NCBI GenBank assembly: GCA_965243025.1
Contig: CBDETY010000003.1
Span: 2,016,001-2,080,000, forward strand
DNA: 64,000 nt
Direction of reading: 5' to 3'
Source of the DNA: Candidatus Latescibacterota bacterium
Lineage (GTDB): Bacteria; Latescibacterota; UBA2968; UBA8231
Part shown: positions 1 to 9,727 of the stretch, one piece after another
Position numbering within the stretch: the stretch's first letter is position 1
How the letters are laid out: each line of letters begins with the position of its first letter
Position numbers and translations under genes: made by a program
The notes under the pieces: model-generated
What the model was told of the DNA's origin: nothing
Seen by the model: only the letters and a program-made list of their open reading frames with translations
Databases searched by the model: none

Positions 1-978
1 GGGCTGCGCGCCAATCTCTACGAGTACGACGGCAGCACCGTCCCCTACCGCCGCAAGTACTCGGCGCAGCTGTTCTTCACCACCGGCGGCAAGTGGGTGC
101 ACCGGCTGCTGATGGACACGCCGCGGTTCCGCGGCGGAGCCGACCGCCTCGAGCTGGAGTTCGTGTTCGAGAAGGAGGAGTTCGCCAACTACTACGGCGG
201 CCTGTCGAGGGAGGAGACCCGCGGCCTCGGCCGCGACCACACCACCTTCTCGCAGGCCTTCCCCGAGCTCAAGCTCCGGTGGATCCGGAGACTGGGACTT
301 TCGCGCGATTCCACCCCGTGGAGGCTGCGGCTCGGCAGCCGCCTGAGCTACTACCGGATCACCCCGAACGCCGGCGCCGGAAACATCCTGGTCGAGCAGG
401 ACCCGCTCGGGGCCGACGGCGGCCCCCTCGCCCAGGTCGACGCCTCGCTGCGCTACGACACCCGGGACAACTACAACGACAGCTCCGCCGGCCTGCTCGA
501 GGAGCTCCTCGTCGAGTACACCTTCGGCGCCGGCGGGGACTACAACGGAATCAGGGCCCGCCTCGAGCACCGGCACTTCGCCTCCCCGGTCTCCGGCATC
601 GTCGCCGCGCACCGGCTCGCCCTCGACTGGACCGGCGGGGACCTGCCGTTCTTCGAGGAGCTCGAGCTGGGGGGCAGCAACACCGTCCGCGGCCTTCCCA
701 AGGCCCGCGACCGCGGCAGCGCGCGGGTGCTCCTCAACGGTGAGCTGCGCTGGCGCGGCCTGCGCCTCTCATCGGGGGAGAACATCCATCTCGGGGCGCT
801 GCTGTTCGCCGACGCCGGCCAGATCTTCGACCGCGGCGAGCTGCCGGCCGGCGACCAGTGGCGCCGCGGGGCCGGCCTGGGGCTGCGCTTCCACTGGCAC
901 AGCACCATCGTCCGCGCCGACTACGGCTCCTCGGCGGGGGGCACCGGCATCTACATAACCTTCTCGCAGGTCTTCTGA
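1..978 (+). CDS. BamA/TamA (Omp85) family outer-membrane beta-barrel protein, 5'-truncated by window edge
   Basis: Frame open from base 1; Omp85-like motifs YDTRDN and LGGSNTVRG; C-terminal beta-signal ending IYITFSQVF. Confidence 0.8.
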   Translation, partial: GLRANLYEYDGSTVPYRRKYSAQLFFTTGGKWVHRLLMDTPRFRGGADRLELEFVFEKEEFANYYGGLSREETRGLGRDHTTFSQAFPELKLRWIRRLGLSRDSTPWRLRLGSRLSYYRITPNAGAGNILVEQDPLGADGGPLAQVDASLRYDTRDNYNDSSAGLLEELLVEYTFGAGGDYNGIRARLEHRHFASPVSGIVAAHRLALDWTGGDLPFFEELELGGSNTVRGLPKARDRGSARVLLNGELRWRGLRLSSGENIHLGALLFADAGQIFDRGELPAGDQWRRGAGLGLRFHWHSTIVRADYGSSAGGTGIYITFSQVF

Positions 979-980
979 TC

Positions 981-2294
981 ATGACCGCATCCGCAGCTGC
1001 CGACCGCGACTACCGCAGGACGGTCAACGCCTGGTGCCTCTACGACTGGGGCAACTCCGCCTTCGCCACCACCATCATGGCCGGAGTCTTCCCCCTCTTC
1101 TACCGGTCGATGGCGACCAGCGCCGGCCTCGGCGAGGCGGACGCCACCGCGGCCTGGGCGTACACCACCTCGATCGCCCTGCTCATAGTCGCCGTCATCG
1201 GGCCTCCCCTCGGATCGCTCTGCGACCAGACCGCGAGCAAGAAGCGGTTCCTCGCCTTCTTCGCCGCCCTCGGGGTCTGCGCCTCGGCCCTGTTCGTCCT
1301 CCTCGGCGACGACAGCTACCTGACCGGGTCGGTCCTCTTCATCGCCGGCAACATCGGGTTCGCCGCGGGCAACATCTTCTACGAGTCGCTGCTGCCGCAC
1401 GTGGCCCGCCCCGGCGACGTCGACCGCGTCTCGACGCGCGGGTACGCCATGGGGTACATCGGCGGCGGCATCCTGCTGATCTTCAACCTGCTCTGGGTCA
1501 TGCACCCCGGCTGGTTCCTGCTGCCCGGCACCGGGTTCGCGCTGCGCCTGACCTTCTTCAGCGTCGCCTTGTGGTGGGCGGCCTTCACCGTTCCCCTGCT
1601 GCGCCGCGTCGGGGAACCCCCGGCGGCGCATGCCACCCCCGAGGGCGGGCCGTTAATGGTGGCGGCCGCCGCTTTCGGGCGCCTCGCGAGCACCTTCCGC
1701 CAAATCCGCCGCTACCGCCAGCTGCTGCTGTTTCTCGCCGCCTTCTGGCTCTACAACGACGGCATCGGCACGATCATCAAGATGGCGATCGCCTACGGGG
1801 ACGAGGTCGGCATCGGCCGCAACGACCTGATAACGGCGCTGGTCCTGACCCAGTTCGTCGGCATCCCCTGCACCTTCCTGTTCGGCAGGCTGGCGCCGGT
1901 CCTGGGGGCCAAGCGCTCGATCCTCGCCGGCCTGGGGGTGTACGGGCTGATCTCGGTGGCGGGTTACTTCATGCAGACCGCCCTCCACTTCTACATCCTG
2001 GCGGGGCTGGTCGGCATGGTGCAGGGGGGCACGCAGGCGCTGAGCCGCTCGCTCTACGCCTCGATGATTCCGCGGGAGAGGTCGGCGGAGTTCTTCGGCT
2101 TCTACAGCACCAGCTCCCGTTTCGCCGGCATCTTCGGGCCGCTGGTTTTCGGGGTGGTGAGCCAGTTGACCGGCGGCAGCCGCCTCGGCATCGTCTCGCT
2201 CATCTTCTTCTTCGTCGCCGGCGGAGCGTTACTGCTTTTCGTCGACGAGCGGGAAGGGGCGCGCGCCGCCAGGCAGGAGGAAGGGCCGGCCTGA
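981..2294 (+). CDS. MFS transporter, ATG22/UMF1 (YxiO-like) family
   Basis: ATG at 981; AWCLYDWGNSAF, FYESLLP, YNDGIGT and GGTQALSRSLY motifs; about 12 hydrophobic segments. Confidence 0.9.
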   Translation: MTASAAADRDYRRTVNAWCLYDWGNSAFATTIMAGVFPLFYRSMATSAGLGEADATAAWAYTTSIALLIVAVIGPPLGSLCDQTASKKRFLAFFAALGVCASALFVLLGDDSYLTGSVLFIAGNIGFAAGNIFYESLLPHVARPGDVDRVSTRGYAMGYIGGGILLIFNLLWVMHPGWFLLPGTGFALRLTFFSVALWWAAFTVPLLRRVGEPPAAHATPEGGPLMVAAAAFGRLASTFRQIRRYRQLLLFLAAFWLYNDGIGTIIKMAIAYGDEVGIGRNDLITALVLTQFVGIPCTFLFGRLAPVLGAKRSILAGLGVYGLISVAGYFMQTALHFYILAGLVGMVQGGTQALSRSLYASMIPRERSAEFFGFYSTSSRFAGIFGPLVFGVVSQLTGGSRLGIVSLIFFFVAGGALLLFVDEREGARAARQEEGPA

Positions 2295-2460
2295 GAATAG
2301 GAGCGGGGCCCCTCGCGGAGTGGACCTGCCGCTTTGGAGCCGCACACCTGGAGTCGTTCGCCGCGGGTCCGGGGCCGCGGCCGAGCCAGCCGGCCGCCTC
2401 GGACCGGTCCGTTCCCCGACCAGTTTGCCCCACACCGGACATCCGAAAGAAGGATCCCTC

Positions 2461-4062
2461 ATGCGCGAGGTCGGCAGCGACAAGCAACTGTTCATCGACC
2501 ACCGCTTCATCGAGTCGTCCCGGCACGTGAAGCTCACCGTCAACCCCCCCGTCAAGCGCGAGGGCGCGGTGCTGCGCGGCGACCGCCCGTGGGACGAGTT
2601 CGGGCTGGGTTGGTACAGCATCGTCGACGACGGCGGCACCTACCGGATGTGGTACTACGGGGCGGACCGGGATCCGCGTCCGACGATCATCGCAGGAGAA
2701 AAGGGGCCGCTCGGCCACCTGACCGGGTACGCCGCTCCGGCCGGCACCCCGCGCCAGAGCCTCCCCGAGCAGGGCCGCTACCGCCTGTGCCACGCCGTTT
2801 CCCGCGACGGCCTGGAGTGGGAGAAGCCGGAGCTCGGCCTCGTCGAGTTCGACGGGTCGAAGCGCAACAACATCGTGCACGAGGAGTTCAGGCTCGCCTA
2901 CGTCTTCCTCGATCCGCACGGCCCGGAGGAGGAGCGCTTCAAGCTCATCCACTGGACCGGGCCGGGGATCGCGGTCGCCACCTCCGCCGACGGCCTGCAC
3001 TGGGACCGGCCGTCGCACCGGGTGAGCGCGCTCGCCGCCGACACCCAGAAGATGGCGTGGTGGGAGCCGCGCCTGAACCGCTACGTCGTCTACCTGCGGG
3101 TGATCGTCGAGGAGGAGAACCGGCCGATGTTCCCGTTCGTCGACCCGGTCGAAAGCGATCCCCCGGTGGTGGCGCCGAAGCTGCTGCGGCCGCGGCGCGC
3201 CGTCGGCCGGATCGAGGTCGACGACCTGCTCGCCCCGTGGCCGGAAGCAGAGATCAGGACGGTCCTGGCCGCCGACGAGCACGACCCCCCTGACTCCGAC
3301 ATCTACACGCACGGGCTGTACCGCTACCCGTACGCCGCCGACGCCTTCTTCATGTTCCCGATGACCTACCAGCACTACCGGGAGGGGGAGACGACGGTCG
3401 CCAACGACGGCCTCAACGACAGCCAGTTCTGCGCCAGCCGGGACGGCGTCCACTGGATGCGCTACGACCGGCGCCCGTACCTCGCGCGCGGCACCGCCGG
3501 CGAGCCGGACTGCGGGGGCACGCACACCAGCGAGTTCCACTTCCGCGACGGCGACCACCTGTACCAGTACTACGGGGCCGGGCCCTGGACGCACGGGGGG
3601 TTCCGGGCCCTGACGCTCGAGCAGCGCCAGGACCGGGCCAACTGGGGCCGCGGGTTCATCAACGTCGCCCGGCAGCGGCTGGACGGGTTCGTGTCGGCCG
3701 ACGCCGACTACACGGGAGGCTGGCTGACCACGCCGCCGGTCCTCTTCAGCGGCCGGGAGCTGACCCTGAACATCGACGTCGCGGCCATGGGAGAGGCGCG
3801 CGTCGAGATCCAGGGTGAGGACGGCCGCCCGGTGTCCGGGTTTTCCTCAGGCGAGTGCGACCGGGTGATGGTCAACGACGTCGCCCATGTCGTGAGGTGG
3901 AACGGGAATGCCGACGTCGGCAGCCTCGCGGGCGGGCCGGTGCGCCTGAGGTTCGACATGCGCTCCGCCCGGCTGTTCGCCTTCCAGTTCGTACAGGTCC
4001 CATCGATATCCTGCAACTCTTCCGCCGGTCCCGGCTCGCCGCGGCCGATTTTTGCTGCCTGA
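2461..4062 (+). CDS. Uncharacterised beta-propeller glycosidase-like protein (GH32/43/130 clan-like) with C-terminal beta-sandwich
   Basis: ATG at 2461 after GAAGGA; QLFIDH start, Asp-box-like SRDGLEW, SADGLHW and SRDGVHW repeats, RLDGFVS; paralog of 35072..36547. Confidence 0.7.
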   Translation: MREVGSDKQLFIDHRFIESSRHVKLTVNPPVKREGAVLRGDRPWDEFGLGWYSIVDDGGTYRMWYYGADRDPRPTIIAGEKGPLGHLTGYAAPAGTPRQSLPEQGRYRLCHAVSRDGLEWEKPELGLVEFDGSKRNNIVHEEFRLAYVFLDPHGPEEERFKLIHWTGPGIAVATSADGLHWDRPSHRVSALAADTQKMAWWEPRLNRYVVYLRVIVEEENRPMFPFVDPVESDPPVVAPKLLRPRRAVGRIEVDDLLAPWPEAEIRTVLAADEHDPPDSDIYTHGLYRYPYAADAFFMFPMTYQHYREGETTVANDGLNDSQFCASRDGVHWMRYDRRPYLARGTAGEPDCGGTHTSEFHFRDGDHLYQYYGAGPWTHGGFRALTLEQRQDRANWGRGFINVARQRLDGFVSADADYTGGWLTTPPVLFSGRELTLNIDVAAMGEARVEIQGEDGRPVSGFSSGECDRVMVNDVAHVVRWNGNADVGSLAGGPVRLRFDMRSARLFAFQFVQVPSISCNSSAGPGSPRPIFAA

Positions 4063-4209
4063 TTCCGGGACAGGAAACCGGCCGCCCGTTGGAATTCCCA
4101 TCCGGGCTGCGGCCCCGGTCAGGCCGCAAGCTGACCAGAGCCCGGCAACCCCGGCTCGTCCGTGGTGCTCGCGTGGTCCGGACGACCCCGGAAAGGATCC
4201 CCCAGCCGG

Positions 4210-5076
4210 TTACTCAACCGGCAGATACCCCTCCAACAGGCCGACCTGGTACAGGAAGAACTCCTCACTCCACAGCTGCAACCCCTCCTGCTCGCTCGTA
4301 GGCAGGAAACGCTGCAGATCGCTGCGGGCGACTCCCCAGTCGATGGTGCGGATCTTCTCCCGCAGGGCACCCAGAAACCAGGCCGCCGTAACCTCGAGCC
4401 TTTCATCCTTCCAGGGACCCTGCTGTCGGAGGGCGTTGCTCAGGAGTTGAAAGTCGGGCTCGATGCGGCGGCCGGTGTACCATGTCAGGTCATACCAGTC
4501 CCGGCCCTTGGTATAGGTGCGGCACAAGAGCGCATGCCCCTTGGTTGCGAATCCCGAAGACAGCGACTGAACCGTGAGCGGGGCCAGCCGCGGGAAGTAG
4601 AGATAACCCGTTTCAAAACCGGAACCTTCCGGGGGATTGGTATCGATTTCGAGCTTTACCCGGATCTTCCTCCGGGTGTGCCGCCCGTAGGGAAGCCCCA
4701 GCGTCAGCACCTTGCCGACCGAATCCGTTTTGAGGAAAGCCTTGCGAACCGCCGAGGCTGCTGCGGATCTGTCCTGGATCTCGAATTCGATTCCTTCCTC
4801 GGCGCAGTCCCGCTGCACCCTTTCCAGGTACGGCTGCCAGACGAAACGCGGGTCGGGCTTCTTCAACAGGAAATCGAGGTCTTGTGAAAAGCGGTTGATC
4901 GCATGGACGATGCGCAGGCAGGTTCCGCCGTGGAAAATCGCTTCGGCGAAAAGTCCTGCGCGGGACAGGCTGGCCAGGATGTACTGCTGAACGATCTCCT
5001 GCAGCACGTTCTCCTGTTCCACCGCATCGCCTGGAGCCATTTCGCGAAGCCTGGCCGCGACGGACTCAGGAAACAT
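4210..5076 (-). CDS. abiEii: AbiEii-family nucleotidyltransferase toxin (type IV TA)
   Basis: FHGGTCLR, RFSQDLDF and KGRDWYDL motifs; overlaps upstream antitoxin gene. Confidence 0.88.
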   Translation of the reverse strand: MFPESVAARLREMAPGDAVEQENVLQEIVQQYILASLSRAGLFAEAIFHGGTCLRIVHAINRFSQDLDFLLKKPDPRFVWQPYLERVQRDCAEEGIEFEIQDRSAAASAVRKAFLKTDSVGKVLTLGLPYGRHTRRKIRVKLEIDTNPPEGSGFETGYLYFPRLAPLTVQSLSSGFATKGHALLCRTYTKGRDWYDLTWYTGRRIEPDFQLLSNALRQQGPWKDERLEVTAAWFLGALREKIRTIDWGVARSDLQRFLPTSEQEGLQLWSEEFFLYQVGLLEGYLPVE

Positions 5077-5725
5077 GGCTCACTGCCTTTTCGAGTCCCT
5101 CGAGGTATGCCCTCGTCCGGCGACTGCGCACGGCGTCGCAGATTTCCTCGAGACGGGCAAAGGAGATCCTGGCGAGATCCTCTTCCTCGATCCGCAGGGA
5201 CTCGGTGCAGAAGTCCGGACCATCCCGCTTCCAATCGATCTCCCTGCGCAGGTACACGGCATCGGCAAGGGCGCGCAGGGGGGAGGCGATGAACGCCCAC
5301 TCCCCGCTTTGCAGCCGGGTCGCCTCGACTCCGGCGCGCGGGTTTGGGGACGGGACCCGGTCGAAGGAGAAGACGCCGACGGGCGTGGAAAAAGACCGGC
5401 TCCGGGAGACGGTAACGCTGCTGACCTGGTAGAGGGCTTCGGGAATCAGGCCGTGGTGCCAGAGGGCGGTTTCAAGGCTGATATGCGACGGGCCATGCAA
5501 CACGGCGGCAAGCGCGAAGGGGTGGAGGTCGGACTTGCGGAACACCTTGTCCAGAAGGAACAACCCCCTTTTGAGCCGCAGGATTTCTCCGGCGCCGGCC
5601 GCCCGGTGAATCAGCTGCTTCCTGGCCCCCTCGGACGCATCCGGGAAGAGATTGCTCACGACGGTTCGGTCGAAGAAACCTCCCGGCGGGGACAGTCGGA
5701 TGAGTTGCTCCGTCAATTTCTGCAT
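5066..5725 (-). CDS. abiEi: AbiEi-family antitoxin/transcriptional regulator
   Basis: LRLKRGLF, PSHISLETALWHHGLIPE and ASPLRALAD motifs; directly upstream of abiEii. Confidence 0.85.
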   Translation of the reverse strand: MQKLTEQLIRLSPPGGFFDRTVVSNLFPDASEGARKQLIHRAAGAGEILRLKRGLFLLDKVFRKSDLHPFALAAVLHGPSHISLETALWHHGLIPEALYQVSSVTVSRSRSFSTPVGVFSFDRVPSPNPRAGVEATRLQSGEWAFIASPLRALADAVYLRREIDWKRDGPDFCTESLRIEEEDLARISFARLEEICDAVRSRRTRAYLEGLEKAVSHVS

Positions 5726-5727
5726 TA

Positions 5728-5763
5728 TGCAGCTAAGTTACTGGTTTCGTAACTTAGATGCAA
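5728..5763 (-). promoter_or_regulatory. abiE promoter with overlapping inverted-repeat operator
   Basis: Minus-strand -35 TTGCAT (5758-5763), 17-bp spacer, -10 TAACTT (5735-5740); 14-bp inverted repeat arms 5728-5741 and 5749-5762 with one mismatch. Confidence 0.7.
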
Positions 5764-5891
5764 AATTGTGACACCCCCGATTCGCTGAATCTGATGGTCC
5801 TGTTCCTGGGTTCGGACTAAGAGTTGGGTTCGTCCTCTGGAGGTCCTGTCCGGTTTCCAGCACCCCTGACCTCCGGCCTGAAAACCGCTCC

Positions 5892-7247
5892 TCAGGAGAC
5901 CGCTTCCAGGGCTTTCACCAGGGCCTCTTCCGTCAGGTCGACCAGCTCGTCGATCTGGTCGCGGCCGCAGGTCAAGGCCGGACCGACGGCGAACCAGGTG
6001 GGGTCGACCCGCAGGATGACGCCGCTTTCGAGCGCCGTTCTCTTCAGCGCCCGTCCCAGCTCGGGAAACGGCTCCATTCCCGCGGTGTCCCTGACCAGCT
6101 CGACCCCGCGGAACAGGCCGCGGCCCCGCACCTCCCGCACCACCCCGTACTTCCCCAACCCCTCCAACCTCGCGGCGAGGTAGTCGCCGACCTCGCGAGC
6201 GTTGCGGTCCCAGCCCCGGGCGGCGATCTCGTCGATTACGGCGATCCCTGCGGCGCATCCCAGCGGGTGCCCGGCGTAGGTGTGGCCGTGGGCGAAGTTG
6301 GTCCCCTCCCCCGAGGCGAAGGCATCTCTCATCCCCTCGCGGGCCATCATCGCCCCGAGCGGGATCGTCCCCCCGGACAGCCCCTTGCCGCCGCAGATGA
6401 TGTCCGGGGTCACCCCGAAGGTCTGGGCCGCGAACATCGAGCCGGTGCGCCCGAAGCCGGTGATGATCTCGTCGAAGATCAGCAGCACCTCGTGGCGGTC
6501 GCAGATGTCGCGGACGATGCGGAAGTACTCCTCGGTCGGGGTGATGATGCCGCCGGTGTTGGTGATCGGCTCCATTATGATGCCCGCCACCGTGGCCGGG
6601 TCCTCGGCGATTATGACGTCCTCGAACAGGCGGGCGCTGAAGCGGTTGCACTCCTCCCAGTCGCAGAAGCGGTCGCGGAAGTGGGTCGGCGGGAAGACCT
6701 TGAGGAAACCGGCCGGCTCGGGGTCGAAGGGGGTCTTGCGCGGCCCGGTGCCGCTGGCGGCCATCGCCCCGGTGGTGCCGCCGTGGTAGCCCTGGTAGCG
6801 GCTGATGAACTTGTACTTCCCGGGGCGACCCGACTGCTTGAAGTACTGCCGCGAGAACTTGATCGCCGCCTCGACCGACTCGGAGCCGCCGCTGAACGAC
6901 TTGACGAAGTTGAGGTCGCCGGGGGTGACGCTGCCGACTTTCTCGACGAAGTCGAGGGTTACGTCCGAGGTGCCGTGCATCGGCGGTGCGAAGCAGAGGC
7001 GGTCCATCTGCCTGCGGATCGCATCGTGGACCGCGGGATGGCCGTGCCCGAGCAGCACCGAGTAGACGCCGCTGATGCCGTCGAAGTAGCGCCTGCCCTC
7101 GACGTCCCAGTAGTAGCAGCCCTCGGCGCGCTCGACGATCAGCGGGTTCTTCAGGAATTCGGCAGTCGCCTGGTAGTCGAGGAAGGTGTTGGCCAGCAGC
7201 CTCCGGTGGCGCTCGCTGACCCTCTTCATTTCCATCGTCTCAGCCAT
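5892..7247 (-). CDS. Class III PLP-dependent aminotransferase
   Basis: SGGSESVE, GYHGGT, LIFDEIITGFGRTG, PDIICGGKGLSGG and HGHTYAGHP motifs. Confidence 0.93.
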   Translation of the reverse strand: MAETMEMKRVSERHRRLLANTFLDYQATAEFLKNPLIVERAEGCYYWDVEGRRYFDGISGVYSVLLGHGHPAVHDAIRRQMDRLCFAPPMHGTSDVTLDFVEKVGSVTPGDLNFVKSFSGGSESVEAAIKFSRQYFKQSGRPGKYKFISRYQGYHGGTTGAMAASGTGPRKTPFDPEPAGFLKVFPPTHFRDRFCDWEECNRFSARLFEDVIIAEDPATVAGIIMEPITNTGGIITPTEEYFRIVRDICDRHEVLLIFDEIITGFGRTGSMFAAQTFGVTPDIICGGKGLSGGTIPLGAMMAREGMRDAFASGEGTNFAHGHTYAGHPLGCAAGIAVIDEIAARGWDRNAREVGDYLAARLEGLGKYGVVREVRGRGLFRGVELVRDTAGMEPFPELGRALKRTALESGVILRVDPTWFAVGPALTCGRDQIDELVDLTEEALVKALEAVS

Positions 7248-8418
7248 CGGTTTCTCCGCAGAAGTTCACCGCCGTAAGCGCGTACACCCTGGCCAGGCGC
7301 TCCAGCTCGGCGACCGGCACCTGCTCGTTCAGGGTGTGCGCCCCGGTGGCCGCGGGCCCGTGGGTGAGGGCGGGGATTCCCCCTCTGGAAACGAAGGTGT
7401 TGCCGTCGTCGACGAACGGCTTGGCGCCCACCGGCAGCTCGGCGCCGGTGACGTCCCGGTGCGCCCGTTGAAACGACGTCACCAGGGGATTGTCGAGGTC
7501 GATCTCGAAGGCGTCCCCGGGGAACACCTCCCGCGACCGGATGGCGGTGCCGCTCTTCCCGGCGACCTCGTCCAGGAGCTGCCGGTACTCCCCGCGCGCC
7601 CGGTCGGCGTGTCCCGGGGTGACCCAGCGCCGCGTCCCCTTCACCTCGCAGGAGAGCGGCGCCTGGTTGTATATCTCGCCCCCCTGCAGGTAACCGACGA
7701 AGAAGCTGTCGCAGCCGCTGTACCTGTGGGTGATTTCCCCAAGGCGCTGGTTTTCCCGCTGGAAGCGGGTAACAAGATCGGCGCCGGCTGCGACTACGTC
7801 GGGCAGCCCCTGGGGACGGAGCACCTCGTGCACCGGCTCCCCGTCCCGGGTGACGGCAATCTCGAAGATGAACATGCCGCGGCCGGCCACCGGGAGGAAG
7901 TCGGAGAGGTATTCCGGCAGCATCACCCCGTCCCCGAGGTAGCCCTCGGCGATCAGGGCCTTCATCTGCCTGCCGTCCCCCCACGGCCCCTCGTGCTGGT
8001 CGTGGGCGGTCAGCAGCATCTCCCCCGACTGCGGGGCGCCGCACTCCCGCAGCACCCGCATCGCCTCGACGGCGGCGGCGATCCCCCCTTTCATGTCGGA
8101 GCAGCCGGAGCCGTGGAGCACGCCGTCCTCGACGCGCGGGGGCACGAAAGGCAGGTGCACGGTGTCGAGGTGGCCGTCCACCTGCAGGACGCGCCCGCCC
8201 TCCCCGAAGCGCAGATGGGCAACCACCGCCGGGGACTCCGGCCAGTCGCAGACCGGGCGCTCGACCTCGAAGCCGTCGGCCCGCAGCAGCTCGTCGAGGC
8301 GGCCGGCGACAGCCCCGGCGCTCAAGGTGGGGCTGGGGACTTCGACGAGGGCCGTCGCCGTATCCAGCAGTCGGTCGCGGTTCACCGCGGCCGCGATCTT
8401 CTCTCTCAGTTCATTCAC
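7240..8418 (-). CDS. M20/M25/M40 metallo-hydrolase (ArgE/DapE-like deacylase)
   Basis: GHLDTV, GSGCSDMKGG and AHTLNE motifs; overlaps the aminotransferase start. Confidence 0.88.
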   Translation of the reverse strand: MNELREKIAAAVNRDRLLDTATALVEVPSPTLSAGAVAGRLDELLRADGFEVERPVCDWPESPAVVAHLRFGEGGRVLQVDGHLDTVHLPFVPPRVEDGVLHGSGCSDMKGGIAAAVEAMRVLRECGAPQSGEMLLTAHDQHEGPWGDGRQMKALIAEGYLGDGVMLPEYLSDFLPVAGRGMFIFEIAVTRDGEPVHEVLRPQGLPDVVAAGADLVTRFQRENQRLGEITHRYSGCDSFFVGYLQGGEIYNQAPLSCEVKGTRRWVTPGHADRARGEYRQLLDEVAGKSGTAIRSREVFPGDAFEIDLDNPLVTSFQRAHRDVTGAELPVGAKPFVDDGNTFVSRGGIPALTHGPAATGAHTLNEQVPVAELERLARVYALTAVNFCGETDG

Positions 8419-8583
8419 CGGTCGTTCCCTGGCTTTTCGAGGTTGGAGGCGGGCAGCAGGCCCGAAGTCAGGCCGGTTTGCCTCAGGTCCGAGGTATCGA
8501 CCTATGCCAGCCTGTGGATAAAGTTGCTTCTCGGGTGGATGCGGGCAATTGCCGCAAGAGGCAGGTGGCGCCGTCGGCTCCCG

Positions 8584-9624
8584 TCATTCTCCGCGCACGT
8601 CCAGAAGCAGCTTGACACCCTCCCGGCGCTCGAACAGGGAGAACGCCTCGCGCCATTCCGCCAGGGGAAGCTGGTGGGAGATCAGCGCCCCGGTGTCGAC
8701 CTTGCCCCTGCGCATCAGCTCGAGGGCGCGGCTCCAGGAGGTGGGCTGCTGGCCGAACGACCCGGTGAAGCGAAGCTCCTTGACCGCCACGGCCTCGAGG
8801 TCGATCTCGACCGGGGCTCCGAACAGGCCGACCTGGGTGTACTTGCCCTGCTTTCGCACCAGCTTCAGGGAAAGGGCCGCCCCGGACGGGTGCCCAGAAC
8901 ACTCGATAACGACGTCGGCCCCGTACCCGCCCGACAGCCCGGCGACGGCAGCTTCCGCGTCCTCGTCCTCCACAACGACGGCGCGCTCCGCCCCCAGCCG
9001 CAGCGCCAGCTCGAGCCGCGTGCGGTCCTCCCGGCGCCCGAGCACCACCACCCTTCCCCCCTCGGCGAGGGCCACCTGCAGGCACAGCAACCCGATGCTC
9101 CCCGGCCCGACCACGGCGACGAGGTCTCCCGCCGACACCCGGGTCAGCTCGGCGACGGCGTGCACGGCGCAGGCCAGGGGCTCGCTCAGGGCCGCGGCCC
9201 GGAAACCGACGTTTGCCGGCAGCTCCCGGATGCAGCGCTCAGGCGCCACGCACAGGGGAGCGAACGAGCCGTCGTGCCAGTACCCCATCGACTCGCGGCG
9301 CAGGCAGAGGTTGATCGCCCCGCTGCGGCAGTAGCGGCATTCCCCGCAGATGCGCACGCTCGGCAGCGCGGTTACGCGCATCCCCAGGGCGACCGACTCC
9401 ACCCCTTCTCCGACGGCCGCCACCACGCCGCTGAACTCGTGCCCTACGACGACGGGCACGCGGATCGGGATGGCAATCTCGTCCCCGTACACGTGCAGGT
9501 CGGAGCCGCAGATCCCGGCGGCCTCGACCTCGACGAGCACTTCCCCCGGCCCCGGGACCGGTTGGGCCACCTCGCGGACCTCCATGTTTCCCGGTCCGCG
9601 CGCGTATTTGACGAGCCCTTTCAC
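8584..9624 (-). CDS. Zinc-binding alcohol dehydrogenase (sorbitol/threonine dehydrogenase-like)
   Basis: Likely GTG start at 9624; GICGSDLH, GHEFSG, CGECRYC...C and GPGSIG motifs. Confidence 0.9.
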   Translation of the reverse strand: MKGLVKYARGPGNMEVREVAQPVPGPGEVLVEVEAAGICGSDLHVYGDEIAIPIRVPVVVGHEFSGVVAAVGEGVESVALGMRVTALPSVRICGECRYCRSGAINLCLRRESMGYWHDGSFAPLCVAPERCIRELPANVGFRAAALSEPLACAVHAVAELTRVSAGDLVAVVGPGSIGLLCLQVALAEGGRVVVLGRREDRTRLELALRLGAERAVVVEDEDAEAAVAGLSGGYGADVVIECSGHPSGAALSLKLVRKQGKYTQVGLFGAPVEIDLEAVAVKELRFTGSFGQQPTSWSRALELMRRGKVDTGALISHQLPLAEWREAFSLFERREGVKLLLDVRGE

Positions 9625-9727
9625 GCCGTTTAGTCTCTCAAACCCGCATTCGCTCGATACCTTGCCTCTCAAGTAGTAGCCCAATCGCACAGCTCCGGCA
9701 ACAGGGAGTCCCCCGGAAAGTCCCTCC

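Noticed and set aside
4063-4209. Hairpins including GGTCAG...CTGACC, considered as SRP RNA or another ncRNA
   Set aside because: Lacks the conserved SRP domain IV sequence and any tRNA-like arms; no support beyond local pairing
7186-9633. 815-aa plus-strand ORF
   Set aside because: Antisense shadow of the M20 hydrolase and Zn-dehydrogenase genes
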